From the sequence record OK331996.1: DNA of 64,000 nt, one strand, 5' to 3'. Every line of letters starts with the position of its first letter. Position 1 is the stretch's first letter. The notes beneath the pieces are model-generated. The model was not told the origin of the DNA, made no database searches, and saw only the letters and a program-made list of their open reading frames with translations. The DNA is from Escherichia phage vB_EcoM-G157lw. The position numbers were made by a program, and so were the translations under genes. Shown here in pieces: positions 40,174 through 50,137 of this stretch.

Positions 40174-40437
40174 ATGTTTAAAGTATATGGTTATGATAGC
40201 AACATTCATAAATGTGTGTATTGCGATAATGCAAAACGTCTTTTGACCGTGAAGAAACAGCCGTTTGAATTTATTAACATTATGCCGGAAAAAGGTGTTT
40301 TTGATGATGAGAAAATCGCTGAGCTTCTGACTAAACTAGGTCGTGATACTCAAATTGGATTGACAATGCCGCAGGTATTCGCTCCAGATGGAAGTCATAT
40401 TGGTGGATTTGACCAATTGCGGGAATACTTTAAATGA
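40174..40437 (+). CDS. nrdC: phage thioredoxin/glutaredoxin NrdC
   Basis: 87 aa MFKVYGYDSNIHKCVYCDNAKRLL..., CVYC active site. Confidence 0.9.
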   Translation: MFKVYGYDSNIHKCVYCDNAKRLLTVKKQPFEFINIMPEKGVFDDEKIAELLTKLGRDTQIGLTMPQVFAPDGSHIGGFDQLREYFK

Positions 40438-40649
40438 TGCTCGAAGGAACCGATTATATCCATGACTACCGCGGAAGCGCGGTATATGTAGGTGATGAGG
40501 TTGCAGTTTATTATGGGTATGGAACTTTGATGACAGCCAAGGTTATTCAAATTAAAAATAATCGTGCTAAACTCGAAGTTTATTATTCTAATGGTGAAAA
40601 GTCTATTTCTAAGTGGAAATACGGCGATTGCATGGTCAAACTGGGGTAA
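40434..40649 (+). CDS. hypothetical protein
   Basis: 71 aa, ATGA-coupled. Confidence 0.5.
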   Translation: MMLEGTDYIHDYRGSAVYVGDEVAVYYGYGTLMTAKVIQIKNNRAKLEVYYSNGEKSISKWKYGDCMVKLG

Positions 40650-40651
40650 AT

Positions 40652-40822
40652 ATGATTTACGATATTAATGTATCACGAGCTCCGTCAATGGTTACTATTC
40701 CAGCCGAAGAACTAGATCGTCTTCAGAAAATTGAAGAACTTCTTTGGGAAATTGAATGTGACCTGCCATCAGGACTAGAATCCTGGATTGATGATGAAGA
40801 ACTTAATAAATTGCGAAATTAA
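40652..40822 (+). CDS. hypothetical small acidic protein
   Basis: ATG 40652; 56 aa. Confidence 0.4.
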   Translation: MIYDINVSRAPSMVTIPAEELDRLQKIEELLWEIECDLPSGLESWIDDEELNKLRN

Positions 40823-40832
40823 TTGGTGAAAA

Positions 40833-41153
40833 ATGACTATTGAAAATAAATTAGATGTTGATGCAGTTCTGAGCGAAATCATTGAAGACCATGATGCATT
40901 TTCGGAAAACTATGATTTCGATTTTTCCGATTATCTTAAACCTGTCGAAATAGAAGACTGGGTGCAAGATGGTAAATGTCAATATCGTCAGTGTGTTTAC
41001 TTTAGTCCAAAACATAATGTACATGTAGCGGTAAATGAATCTCGGTCAGGTTCTTATCATTCTGACTGGTATTATGCAGTTCCGACTGTTGAACTAGTCG
41101 AGCCCCGTGAACGTGTAGTAACTCAGATAGTACGAGAATGGATTACGCTATAA
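40833..41153 (+). CDS. hypothetical acidic protein
   Basis: 106 aa ORF. Confidence 0.5.
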   Translation: MTIENKLDVDAVLSEIIEDHDAFSENYDFDFSDYLKPVEIEDWVQDGKCQYRQCVYFSPKHNVHVAVNESRSGSYHSDWYYAVPTVELVEPRERVVTQIVREWITL

Positions 41154-41276
41154 AACCTTGGTGGGCGGCTAGATGGGAAACTGTAGAGCCAGAGCCGGAA
41201 GAACCGGTTTACACTGATGAAGAAACAGTATATAATGAACCAACGATAAATGACTTAATTGATATGGAGATGGGAC

Positions 41277-41762
41277 ATGATTACAGTAGATAAGTGGTTT
41301 AGAATTAATCGTGCTGATGCAGGGCTGTGTAATTACTGGCCGGAACTTAGTGCAGGTACTGTCTTTAAAGTTCGTGAACTTGCAAAAGAATGTGAAGATG
41401 ATATAGAGCCTGATACTGGAATTATTGAAATTGAACTTTCTGATGGAAAGATTATTAACATCTACGATAAGCCAATTACGTATTGGTGCTTGTGGAATAC
41501 TGAATCAGTCGAAAATGGCGAAATTGAAGAAGTTGTAGAGCGAACTAATCAAGTTGTTCAGAAGCCTAAAGCTGATTTTCAAGGTGAACGTATTTCATAC
41601 GCATTAGCTAAATTAGCTGCACAAGAAAATAACGATGGCTATGAAGGAAATTTGATGCAAGCTGCCGCAGAATATATTGAATGGCTTGAAACCCAAATTT
41701 CTTTTTCTGACCAAAAGATTCGGCAATATAAGCGATTGAATCAAATGTTTTACAATACTTGA
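41277..41762 (+). CDS. hypothetical protein (size and position of T4 pin, unverified)
   Basis: ATG 41277 after GGAGATGGG; 161 aa; upstream of gene 49. Confidence 0.5.
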   Translation: MITVDKWFRINRADAGLCNYWPELSAGTVFKVRELAKECEDDIEPDTGIIEIELSDGKIINIYDKPITYWCLWNTESVENGEIEEVVERTNQVVQKPKADFQGERISYALAKLAAQENNDGYEGNLMQAAAEYIEWLETQISFSDQKIRQYKRLNQMFYNT

Positions 41763-41804
41763 AAATAATAAATACCCTTATCTATTTAAGGTAAGGGTTT
41801 TATT

Positions 41805-42278
41805 ATGTTATTGACTGGCAAATTATATAAAGAAGAAAAACAGAAATTTTATGATGCACAAAATGGTAAATGTTTAATTTGCCAACGAGAACTAAATCCT
41901 GATGTTCAAGCTAATCATCTTGATCATGACCATGAATTAAATGGACCGAAAGCAGGAAAGGTGCGTGGATTGCTTTGTAATCTCTGCAATGCCGCAGAAG
42001 GTCAAATGAAACATAAATTTAATCGTTCTGGCTTAAAGGGGCAAGGTGTTGATTATCTTGAATGGTTAGAAAATTTACTTACTTATTTAAAATCCGATTA
42101 CACCCAAAATAATATTCACCCTAACTTTGTTGGAGATAAATCAAAGGAATTTTCTCGTTTAGGAAAAGAGGAAATGATGGCTGAGATGCTTCAAAGAGGA
42201 TTTGAATATAATGAATCTGACACTAAAACACAATTAATAGCTTCATTTAAGAAGCAGCTTAGAAAGAGTTTAAAATGA
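41805..42278 (+). CDS. 49: endonuclease VII (Holliday junction resolvase) gp49
   Basis: 157 aa, Cys cluster CLICQ ... CNLCN, position before nrdD. Confidence 0.85.
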   Translation: MLLTGKLYKEEKQKFYDAQNGKCLICQRELNPDVQANHLDHDHELNGPKAGKVRGLLCNLCNAAEGQMKHKFNRSGLKGQGVDYLEWLENLLTYLKSDYTQNNIHPNFVGDKSKEFSRLGKEEMMAEMLQRGFEYNESDTKTQLIASFKKQLRKSLK

Positions 42279-44092
42279 CAATTGAAAAAGAAATTGAAGG
42301 ATTGATTCATAAAACTAATAAAGACCTTTTAAACGAGAATGCTAATAAAGATTCTCGTGTTTTTCCAACTCAACGGGACCTTATGGCTGGTATTGTGTCT
42401 AAACACATTGCCAAAAATATGGTCCCGTCTTTTATTATGAAAGCGCATGAAAGCGGAATTATCCATTTCCACGATATTGATTATTCCCCTGCTCTTCCAT
42501 TTACTAATTGTTGTTTAGTAGATTTAAAAGGAATGCTTGAGAACGGATTTAAGCTTGGTAATGCACAGATTGAAACTCCTAAATCAATTGGAGTTGCTAC
42601 TGCAATTATGGCACAAATTACTGCACAGGTTGCTTCCCATCAATACGGCGGAACGACTTTTGCTAATGTAGATAAAGTACTTTCTCCTTATGTTAAACGC
42701 ACCTATGCAAAACATATTGAGGATGCAGAAAAATGGCAAATCGCTGATGCGTTGAATTATGCTCAATCTAAAACAGAAAAAGATGTATACGATGCATTCC
42801 AAGCTTATGAATATGAAGTAAATACTCTCTTTAGTTCAAACGGACAAACGCCTTTTGTAACAATTACATTTGGTACAGGAACTGACTGGACTGAACGAAT
42901 GATTCAGAAAGCAATTCTGAAAAATCGTATTAAAGGTCTTGGTCGTGATGGGATAACTCCTATTTTCCCTAAACTTGTTATGTTCGTTGAAGAAGGTGTT
43001 AATCTTTATAAAGACGATCCGAACTATGATATTAAACAGCTTGCTCTAGAGTGCGCAAGCAAAAGGATGTATCCTGATATTATTTCAGCTAAGAACAATA
43101 AAGCTATCACTGGTTCATCTATTCCTGTTTCTCCAATGGGTTGCCGCAGTTTCTTGAGTGTATGGAAAGATTCGACTGGCAATGAAATTCTTGATGGACG
43201 TAATAATCTCGGTGTTGTAACACTGAATCTTCCTCGTATCGCATTAGATTCTTATATTGGAACACAGTTCAATGAACAGAAATTTGTTGAATTATTCAAT
43301 GAACGAATGGATTTATGTTTTGAAGCATTGATGTGTAGAATTAGTTCCTTAAAAGGAGTTAAAGCGACTGTTGCTCCTATTCTTTACCAAGAAGGTGCAT
43401 TCGGGGTTCGTCTTAAACCTGATGACGATATAATTGAGTTATTTAAAAACGGCAGAAGTTCAGTGTCTTTAGGATACATTGGTATTCATGAATTGAATAT
43501 TCTTGTCGGTCGTGATATTGGACAAGAAATTTTAACTAAAATGAATGCTCGTCTTAAGCAGTGGACTGAAAGAACCGGATTTGCTTTTAGTTTATATTCG
43601 ACTCCTGCTGAAAACCTTTGTTATCGCTTCTGTAAACTCGATACCGAAAAATATGGAAGTGTAAAGGATGTTACCGATAAAGGCTGGTACACTAACAGTT
43701 TCCATGTTTCAGTAGAAGAAAATATTACTCCGTTTGAAAAGATTTCTCGCGAAGCGCCGTATCATTTCATTGCGACAGGCGGTCACATTTCTTATGTTGA
43801 ACTTCCAGATATGAAAAACAATTTAAAGGGTCTTGAGGCTGTCTGGGATTATGCTGCACAACATTTAGATTATTTTGGTGTTAATATGCCGGTAGATAAA
43901 TGTTTTACATGCGGAAGTACCCATGAAATGACTCCTACTGAAAACGGATTTGTTTGTTCTATCTGTGGAGAAACTGATCCTAAAAAGATGAACACAATAA
44001 GAAGAACATGTGGTTATTTGGGAAATCCGAACGAACGTGGATTTAATCTCGGTAAAAATAAAGAAATCATGCATAGGGTTAAACACCAATGA
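42275..44092 (+). CDS. nrdD: anaerobic ribonucleotide reductase NrdD (uninterrupted)
   Basis: 605 aa; C-terminal glycyl radical motif RRTCGYLG and Cys cluster CFTCGS..CSICG. Confidence 0.9.
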   Translation: MTIEKEIEGLIHKTNKDLLNENANKDSRVFPTQRDLMAGIVSKHIAKNMVPSFIMKAHESGIIHFHDIDYSPALPFTNCCLVDLKGMLENGFKLGNAQIETPKSIGVATAIMAQITAQVASHQYGGTTFANVDKVLSPYVKRTYAKHIEDAEKWQIADALNYAQSKTEKDVYDAFQAYEYEVNTLFSSNGQTPFVTITFGTGTDWTERMIQKAILKNRIKGLGRDGITPIFPKLVMFVEEGVNLYKDDPNYDIKQLALECASKRMYPDIISAKNNKAITGSSIPVSPMGCRSFLSVWKDSTGNEILDGRNNLGVVTLNLPRIALDSYIGTQFNEQKFVELFNERMDLCFEALMCRISSLKGVKATVAPILYQEGAFGVRLKPDDDIIELFKNGRSSVSLGYIGIHELNILVGRDIGQEILTKMNARLKQWTERTGFAFSLYSTPAENLCYRFCKLDTEKYGSVKDVTDKGWYTNSFHVSVEENITPFEKISREAPYHFIATGGHISYVELPDMKNNLKGLEAVWDYAAQHLDYFGVNMPVDKCFTCGSTHEMTPTENGFVCSICGETDPKKMNTIRRTCGYLGNPNERGFNLGKNKEIMHRVKHQ

Positions 44093-44559
44093 ATTATGAT
44101 AGATTTTATCCTTGCGATTTTGTGAATGGCCCTGGTTGCAGGGTCGTTCTTTTCGTTACAGGTTGTTTGCATAAATGTGAAGGGTGTTATAATAAATCAA
44201 CATGGAATGCTAGAAATGGTATTCCATTCACTGGTGAAACACTAGAACAATTAATTGAATGTTTGAATAATGATTATATAGAAGGATTAACTATAACTGG
44301 GGGTGACCCTCTTTATCCTGATAACAGAGACGTGATTCACTCTGTGGTTCAAACTATTAAAAATCTTTATCCCAATAAAAGCATTTGGTTGTGGACAGGA
44401 TATAAGTTTGAAGATATTAAACAACTAGAAATGCTTAAATATGTTGATGTTATTATTGATGGGAAGTATGAGAAAAATCTTCCGACTAAAAAGCTGTGGC
44501 GAGGATCAGATAATCAGCGACTTTGGTCAAATACCGATGGGGTGTGGACACATGATTAA
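44089..44559 (+). CDS. nrdG: anaerobic RNR activating protein NrdG (radical SAM)
   Basis: 156 aa, CLHKCEGCYN. Confidence 0.85.
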   Translation: MNYDRFYPCDFVNGPGCRVVLFVTGCLHKCEGCYNKSTWNARNGIPFTGETLEQLIECLNNDYIEGLTITGGDPLYPDNRDVIHSVVQTIKNLYPNKSIWLWTGYKFEDIKQLEMLKYVDVIIDGKYEKNLPTKKLWRGSDNQRLWSNTDGVWTHD

Positions 44560-44674
44560 ATTGAATTACATTATGGATACTATAAATGATATGATTTTTC
44601 ATTTTGGTCCAGAATTTTATTCGCAATATAGTTTAGTGCTTATCAATGCTTGGTTAATCAATTAAGGGTAAAAT

Positions 44675-44890
44675 ATGTATAAATTTCGTAAAGGTTTAGC
44701 TGATTTTCTTACAACTGTAACGTTCTTTCTGTTTATGGCAGTTGGAGCTATTTTCCTTATTCCTTTTATTGTTGTATTTTTCGTGATTAGTTTAATTTCT
44801 CCAGAAAAGGGCTTATCTTCTAGTGAGTTCAATGAGCGTCTGGATAAAATTACTAACAAGCTGAATGCTGTTCTTGATAAAAAGGCTTAA
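44675..44890 (+). CDS. small membrane protein
   Basis: 71 aa, single long hydrophobic segment. Confidence 0.55.
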   Translation: MYKFRKGLADFLTTVTFFLFMAVGAIFLIPFIVVFFVISLISPEKGLSSSEFNERLDKITNKLNAVLDKKA

Positions 44891-44892
44891 TT

Positions 44893-45204
44893 ATGATTAG
44901 TTTTGAGCGGTATGTAGTAGAGAGTTGGAAGGGGTTTGATATGTTTGGTAATGACTATTATTTTTACGAATGTAGTCTAAATCCTAGTTTTTGGGCTGGA
45001 CGTGAACGAGATCTCGAAGAAATTAATGCTCGTGCCGAATTGTTAGGTGAACTGCCTACGGTTTATTTTACCTTTGATGCATCTGGATTTGTTATCCAGG
45101 TTTATTTTCCTGAAGAAAACTCTGGTGAGGATTCTGTTAATCCTCCTTATTGGGCTTACCAAGGAATTATTTCTCGTGGAACAAAACTCGAACTTAAAGA
45201 ATAA
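44893..45204 (+). CDS. hypothetical protein
   Basis: 103 aa. Confidence 0.55.
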   Translation: MISFERYVVESWKGFDMFGNDYYFYECSLNPSFWAGRERDLEEINARAELLGELPTVYFTFDASGFVIQVYFPEENSGEDSVNPPYWAYQGIISRGTKLELKE

Positions 45205-45499
45205 GATTGAAGTCTATGGAATTCCAGATGAAGTAGGTCGTTGTCCTGGATGTCAATCAGTTACAAAACTTCTAAAGGAGCTCAATGCTCCTTTTACTTT
45301 CTATAAAGTTCTTACTAATAATGGTAAGATTGAGTACGATCGCCCATTGATTGTATCTCTTGCTAAACGCGCTGGATTCACATCTCTTAATATTCGGTAT
45401 CCTGTCATTTTCATTAATGATTCTAGACAAAAGAACATTAAACACTTCAAAGAAACTCTCATTTCACTTGGATATGATAGAGATATCATAGAAGACTAA
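45172..45499 (+). CDS. glutaredoxin/NrdH-like redoxin (non-ATG start inferred)
   Basis: KIEVYGIPDEVGRCPGCQ thioredoxin-fold start with CPGC; no in-frame ATG; GTG 45172 after AAGGAA. Confidence 0.45.
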
Positions 45500-45502
45500 G
45501 AC

Positions 45503-45526
45503 GGGCCCTCTGGGCCTTTCTTTCTT
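45503..45526 (+). terminator. hairpin plus T-rich tract
   Basis: GGCCC tct GGGCC then TTTCTTTCTT. Confidence 0.5.
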
Positions 45527-45596
45527 ACATTCTGTATATTACCATTCTAAGCTATCGTTCCCTTCTTATCATTCCCTAAAATAATTTTCACAAAGT

Positions 45597-45627
45597 TGTT
45601 TACAACAAGTTCAAACCGTGGTATTAT
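45597..45627 (+). promoter_or_regulatory. early promoter (GTTTAC / TGGTATTAT)
   Basis: AT-rich UP region, GTTTACA, extended -10. Confidence 0.55.
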
Positions 45628-45657
45628 TAACATATGAATTACCTTTGAGGAATTGAT

Positions 45658-45834
45658 ATGATTGATAAAGAGATTAAAATTGACCAGTACTATCGTGTTA
45701 ACGGACATATCGTTATTGTTACAGCAGTCGATGATTTAGATGTTCATTATACTTTGCTTAAATGGAACAAACGTTTGATTTGTGATCGTGCTGTATTTAG
45801 TTCAGTTGCTAAGGAAATTAAACTCCATGGGTAA
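45658..45834 (+). CDS. hypothetical small protein
   Basis: 58 aa after GAGGAA; not in ORF track. Confidence 0.4.
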   Translation: MIDKEIKIDQYYRVNGHIVIVTAVDDLDVHYTLLKWNKRLICDRAVFSSVAKEIKLHG

Positions 45835-46120
45835 AACGTATCGTCGTAAAGACTTAAAAGTGCGTGATTATGACTATTTCGGAAAGCGTAAAGCTCCTGA
45901 TGGTGTAAGTCATAAAGATATGGTTGAAAACATTTTTCGCTCAGATAAATGGCGTAGAATGAAAGGTATTGATTCAGAAGTTAAAGATGAGCTAAATCGC
46001 CAATTACGTGGTGAAGTAAGAAAGTTGAAAAAATCAGTTTACATTGACGATGATTTTGATTATAATACTTCTCAACGAGTTGCTAAACGTAAATCAAACG
46101 AGTGTTATCGTTATAGCTGA
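45827..46120 (+). CDS. highly basic small protein (possible nucleic-acid binding)
   Basis: ATG 45827; 97 aa, K/R-rich. Confidence 0.5.
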   Translation: MGKTYRRKDLKVRDYDYFGKRKAPDGVSHKDMVENIFRSDKWRRMKGIDSEVKDELNRQLRGEVRKLKKSVYIDDDFDYNTSQRVAKRKSNECYRYS

Positions 46121-46126
46121 GGAAAA

Positions 46127-46259
46127 TATGAATATCAAACGAATGCTTTTTAAGCAGGGGTTATACACTTTAAATGTTACTCCAAAAGGCGATACAACTA
46201 GGTGGTCAGTAAATGACTGGATTAAATTTATTGATGAAAATGGTAATTGGGAAATTTAA
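46127..46259 (+). CDS. hypothetical small protein
   Basis: 43 aa after GAGGAAAAT. Confidence 0.35.
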
Positions 46260-46460
46260 ATGAATCCTGAATCTAAATTATCGCAGCGAATTGCCGAAGC
46301 TCGTCGTCAGTTCTTTGAAAATATGATAGCACAAGGTATTGATGACGAAGTTTTTCTAAACTGGTTTTGGAATCACAAATATTCAAGTTGCTCAGGAGCA
46401 ATATTAATATCAGCCGCAATGATGTACGAAGGCTGGAAGGGTGCCAAAAAGTTTAGCTAA
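46260..46460 (+). CDS. hypothetical protein
   Basis: 66 aa, ends at terminator. Confidence 0.5.
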   Translation: MNPESKLSQRIAEARRQFFENMIAQGIDDEVFLNWFWNHKYSSCSGAILISAAMMYEGWKGAKKFS

Positions 46461-46477
46461 GGGCTTCGGCCCTTTTT
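46460..46477 (+). terminator. intrinsic terminator, UUCG loop
   Basis: AGGGC ttcg GCCCT then TTTT. Confidence 0.7.
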
Positions 46478-46512
46478 GGATAATAAAATTTTAATGCAAT
46501 TGAGGATAATGT

Positions 46513-46839
46513 ATGACTATTCAAATTAAAAACGCCATCAATTCTTACGCATATGATAAAGTAGTTTCTTTGCTAGAAAAAGGCGATATTGTAACTCCTC
46601 AAATTTTGGATAAATGGGAAAAAGAGCTTCATCAAACGATGAAACAGAATGATCAGAAGATTGGACGCAATACTGTCCGTGAATTATTGGTTCAATATAT
46701 CTTGTCAGAATTTGATGTTAAAGCTTTTGGTGTAGAATCTAAAGCTTATCAAAAGCATGAAATTTCCGATAAAACTATTCGTCGCATGAAAAATCAACGC
46801 AAGAAAAAATTTGCAGACCTGAAAATTACTAAGGTATAA
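46513..46839 (+). CDS. hypothetical protein
   Basis: 108 aa, RBS GAGGATAAT. Confidence 0.55.
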   Translation: MTIQIKNAINSYAYDKVVSLLEKGDIVTPQILDKWEKELHQTMKQNDQKIGRNTVRELLVQYILSEFDVKAFGVESKAYQKHEISDKTIRRMKNQRKKKFADLKITKV

Positions 46840-46841
46840 TT

Positions 46842-47057
46842 ATGAACGAAGCTCTTATTAACGATTTACGTCTTGCTGGATATGAAGTAAATACAAATGG
46901 CATTGGTTTAACTCAAATTGAAGGAAACGGATTCATCCTTGAGTATGAATTTAGCCAATGGTGGTTATATGCCAATTATGGCGAATTGATTGAATATGTT
47001 GACCAATTTGATTCACTAGATGCAGCTCTTGGAGCGGCTAAGCTGATGAATGTATGA
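46842..47057 (+). CDS. hypothetical protein
   Basis: 71 aa. Confidence 0.5.
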   Translation: MNEALINDLRLAGYEVNTNGIGLTQIEGNGFILEYEFSQWWLYANYGELIEYVDQFDSLDAALGAAKLMNV

Positions 47058-47323
47058 AATTTATTAATATTTCTATTACTATTGAAAATTATGGCATTTT
47101 CTATGTTGATCAATACATGAAAATTTCATTTTTCCCAAATAAGACTGGTGTTGGATATTGGGAAAGCCATGTTTCTGAATTAAATGAAAGCGAATATGCT
47201 AGTACACATGAAAAGTTTTTAGACTTTTTATATCATGCTGATCTAACTAGTCATTATATAGATATTCATGAATTTAAAAAGATGATGGAGAAAGTGTTCC
47301 AAGCATACTGTTTACTTAGATAA
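47054..47323 (+). CDS. hypothetical protein
   Basis: 89 aa, ATGA-coupled. Confidence 0.5.
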   Translation: MKFINISITIENYGIFYVDQYMKISFFPNKTGVGYWESHVSELNESEYASTHEKFLDFLYHADLTSHYIDIHEFKKMMEKVFQAYCLLR

Positions 47324-47401
47324 CTGATATCCTCTATGCTTTAAGATAGATCTTCAAATATTATGATATAATAGATCTATGAATTGAGCTAAGAGGTGAA
47401 A

Positions 47402-47959
47402 ATGTCAGAAACTAAGCCTAAATATAATTACGTAAACAATAAAGAGCTTTTACAAGCTATTATTGATTGGAAAACAGAATTAGCAAATAATAAAGACCCA
47501 AATAAAGTAGTTCGTCAGAATGATACTATCGGATTAGCCATTATGCTTATTGCAGAAGGCTTATCTAAACGTTTCAACTTTTCAGGATACACCCAGTCTT
47601 GGAAACAAGAAATGATTGCAGATGGTATAGAAGCTTCTATTAAGGGGCTTCACAATTTTGATGAAACGAAATATAAAAACCCACATGCATATATAACTCA
47701 AGCTTGTTTTAATGCATTCGTCCAGCGTATTAAAAAAGAACGTAAGGAAGTTGCAAAGAAATATAGTTACTTCGTTCACAATGTCTATGACAGCCGTGAC
47801 GACGATATGGTTGCGTTAGTAGATGAAACTTTTATTCAAGACATCTACGATAAAATGACGCATTACGAAGAATCAACCTATAGAACACCGGGGGCTGAAA
47901 AGAAAAGTGTTGTAGACGATTCTCCTAGTTTGGATTTTTTATATGAGGCTAACGATTAA
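47402..47959 (+). CDS. 55: late-transcription sigma factor gp55
   Basis: ATG 47402 after AGAGGTG; 185 aa [23 protein letters not shown]... Confidence 0.85.
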
Positions 47960-48161
47960 CCTCTCCGGATTCTTGGAAGAAATACCTGAAGTTGAAGCTA
48001 TTCCCTATTTACTTAAAATGTATCTCAGGGAAGTTTTAGCTCTTGACATTGATATTGATCCAGAAAATCCGTATGATACCGCTTTTAAATCTAATGGTGT
48101 AGAATTAAACTATCGGTATCATTTAACAGATGATGATTTTTATTTTATATTAGAGAAATAA
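47943..48161 (+). CDS. hypothetical protein
   Basis: 72 aa. Confidence 0.5.
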
Positions 48162-48162
48162 T

Positions 48163-48480
48163 ATGACTGATAAACCCGAAATTAATGATGAAGTGGAAAA
48201 GCTTATTTCTTCTATTGAAGAAAAGAACCGTCTTGAAGCAGAAAGAAAAGCAAATAAGTTATTGTCTAAAAACAAACGCGAACTGAATCGTCTTTATAAG
48301 CATGCTCAGATCGCAGCTGAAAACAATAATTTTGCTCAATACGAATATGCTATCAAGAAAAGTCGGGATATTCTAAAACAGCCATATAACGATGAACTCA
48401 TCAGTATTCTTTGGAAGACTACTAGATCGCAGATTGAGGATATGATTGATGCTTACACACGTAAAATTCAAGCGTCTTAA
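48163..48480 (+). CDS. hypothetical coiled-coil protein
   Basis: 105 aa. Confidence 0.55.
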   Translation: MTDKPEINDEVEKLISSIEEKNRLEAERKANKLLSKNKRELNRLYKHAQIAAENNNFAQYEYAIKKSRDILKQPYNDELISILWKTTRSQIEDMIDAYTRKIQAS

Positions 48481-48652
48481 AATTAATGCAGGATTTACTG
48501 AATCTTTGAATGGTCATCTTTGCGTGAAAATTTCTGAAAAAGAATACCACGATAGTTCAATTAAAGAAGTTAATCCTCCTATTGTAAGAGCAGACCCTAA
48601 TATGAAAGTGTGGGTTGATTCCTATCAAGTCAAAAAATGGTGGCAGCTGTGA
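48446..48652 (+). CDS. hypothetical protein
   Basis: 68 aa, overlaps upstream gene end. Confidence 0.4.
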   Translation: MMLTHVKFKRLKINAGFTESLNGHLCVKISEKEYHDSSIKEVNPPIVRADPNMKVWVDSYQVKKWWQL

Positions 48653-48655
48653 AAG

Positions 48656-48829
48656 ATGAACGCCCAGACTTGTGAAATAGATTATAATAAAATTCGTTCC
48701 TCTAAAGTAGAAATGATGAGACGCTTTAAAGAATCTCATGATAAAGCTAAAGCAGAAGGAACTATAACATATAAGCGTATAAAATTTAGAAGCTCTAATG
48801 AGCCTCTGTATGGTGTATTATGCGGATAG
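48656..48829 (+). CDS. hypothetical small protein
   Basis: 57 aa; not in ORF track. Confidence 0.35.
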   Translation: MNAQTCEIDYNKIRSSKVEMMRRFKESHDKAKAEGTITYKRIKFRSSNEPLYGVLCG

Positions 48830-48895
48830 GAGCTTCGGCTCCTATATTGCTTTATAAATTTTTGGTAAAATAAACCAAAACAATGAGGATATTAA

Positions 48896-50098
48896 ATGAA
48901 AGTATGCATTTTTATGGCTCGAGGTCTTGAAGGTTGTGGCGTAACTAAATTTTCTCTTGAGCAACGTGATTGGTTTATTAAAAATGGTCATGAAGTAACT
49001 TTGGTTTATGCTAAAGATAAATCATTTACTCGTAATTGCGCGCATGATTATAAGTCATTTTCAATTCCGGTTTTATTGGCAAAAGAATACGATAAAACAC
49101 TTAAGCTGGTAAATGATTGTGATATTCTAATTATCAATTCAGTTCCTGCTACTTCAGTCGAAGAAGACACTATTAATAACTATAAAAAAATTATTGATAA
49201 CATTAAACCTTCTGTTCGTGTTGTAGTTTATCAACATGACCATTCTTCTCTTTCTTTGCGCCGAAATTTGGGATTAGAAGAAACTGTTCGTCGAGCTGAT
49301 GTTATTTTTAGCCATTCTGATAATGGTGATTTTAATAAAGTTTTGATGAAAGAATGGTATCCAGAAACCGTTTCTCTGTTTGATGATATTGAAGAAGCAC
49401 CGACCGTATACAACTTTCAGCCTCCTATGGATATTGCGAAGGTTCGATCAACCTACTGGAAAGATGTTTCTGAAATTAACATGAATATCAACCGTTGGAT
49501 TGGTCGCACGACTACATGGAAAGGTTTTTATCAGATGTTTGATTTTCATGAAAAACATCTTAAACCTGCAGGACTAAGTACTATTATGGAAGGTCTGGAA
49601 CGTTCTCCAGCGTTCATTCCTATTAAAGAAAAAGGAATTCCATACGAGTATTATCGTCTTCATCAAGTAGACCAAATTAAAATTGCTCCTAATTTGCCAA
49701 CGCAAATTCTTGACCGTTATGTAAATAGCGAAATGCTTGAACGTATGAGTAAATCCGGTTTTGGTTATCAGTTGAGTAAGTTGGATAAAAAATATCTACA
49801 ACGTTCTTTAGAATATACTCATCTCGAGCTTGGTGCATGTGGAACAATTCCGGTATTTTGGAAATCTACTGGCGAAAATTTAAAATTCCGTGTTGATAAT
49901 ACTCCGTTAATTTCTCATGATAGCGGTATCGTTTGGTTTGATGAAAATGACATGGAATCAACATTTGAACGTATTAAAGAACTGTCATCTGACCGAGCTC
50001 TTTATGACCGCGAACGCGAAAAAGCTTATGAATTTTTGTATCAGCATCAAGATTCAAACTTCTGCTTTAAAGAACAGTTTGACATTATTACAAAATAA
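48896..50098 (+). CDS. a-gt: DNA alpha-glucosyltransferase (hmC glucosylation)
   Basis: 400 aa MKVCIFMARGLEGCGVTKFSLEQRDWFIKNGHEV...; size and position of T4 alpha-gt. Confidence 0.85.
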   Translation: MKVCIFMARGLEGCGVTKFSLEQRDWFIKNGHEVTLVYAKDKSFTRNCAHDYKSFSIPVLLAKEYDKTLKLVNDCDILIINSVPATSVEEDTINNYKKIIDNIKPSVRVVVYQHDHSSLSLRRNLGLEETVRRADVIFSHSDNGDFNKVLMKEWYPETVSLFDDIEEAPTVYNFQPPMDIAKVRSTYWKDVSEINMNINRWIGRTTTWKGFYQMFDFHEKHLKPAGLSTIMEGLERSPAFIPIKEKGIPYEYYRLHQVDQIKIAPNLPTQILDRYVNSEMLERMSKSGFGYQLSKLDKKYLQRSLEYTHLELGACGTIPVFWKSTGENLKFRVDNTPLISHDSGIVWFDENDMESTFERIKELSSDRALYDREREKAYEFLYQHQDSNFCFKEQFDIITK

Positions 50099-50114
50099 AG
50101 GGCTTCGGCCCTTT
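50099..50114 (+). terminator. UUCG-loop hairpin terminator
   Basis: GGGC ttcg GCCC then TTT. Confidence 0.55.
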
Positions 50115-50137
50115 AGCTTTATACGGAGTTTGATATA

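Noticed and set aside
42275-44092. Group I intron with homing endonuclease inside nrdD
   Set aside because: The 605-aa reading frame is continuous with no internal stop and no embedded endonuclease ORF.
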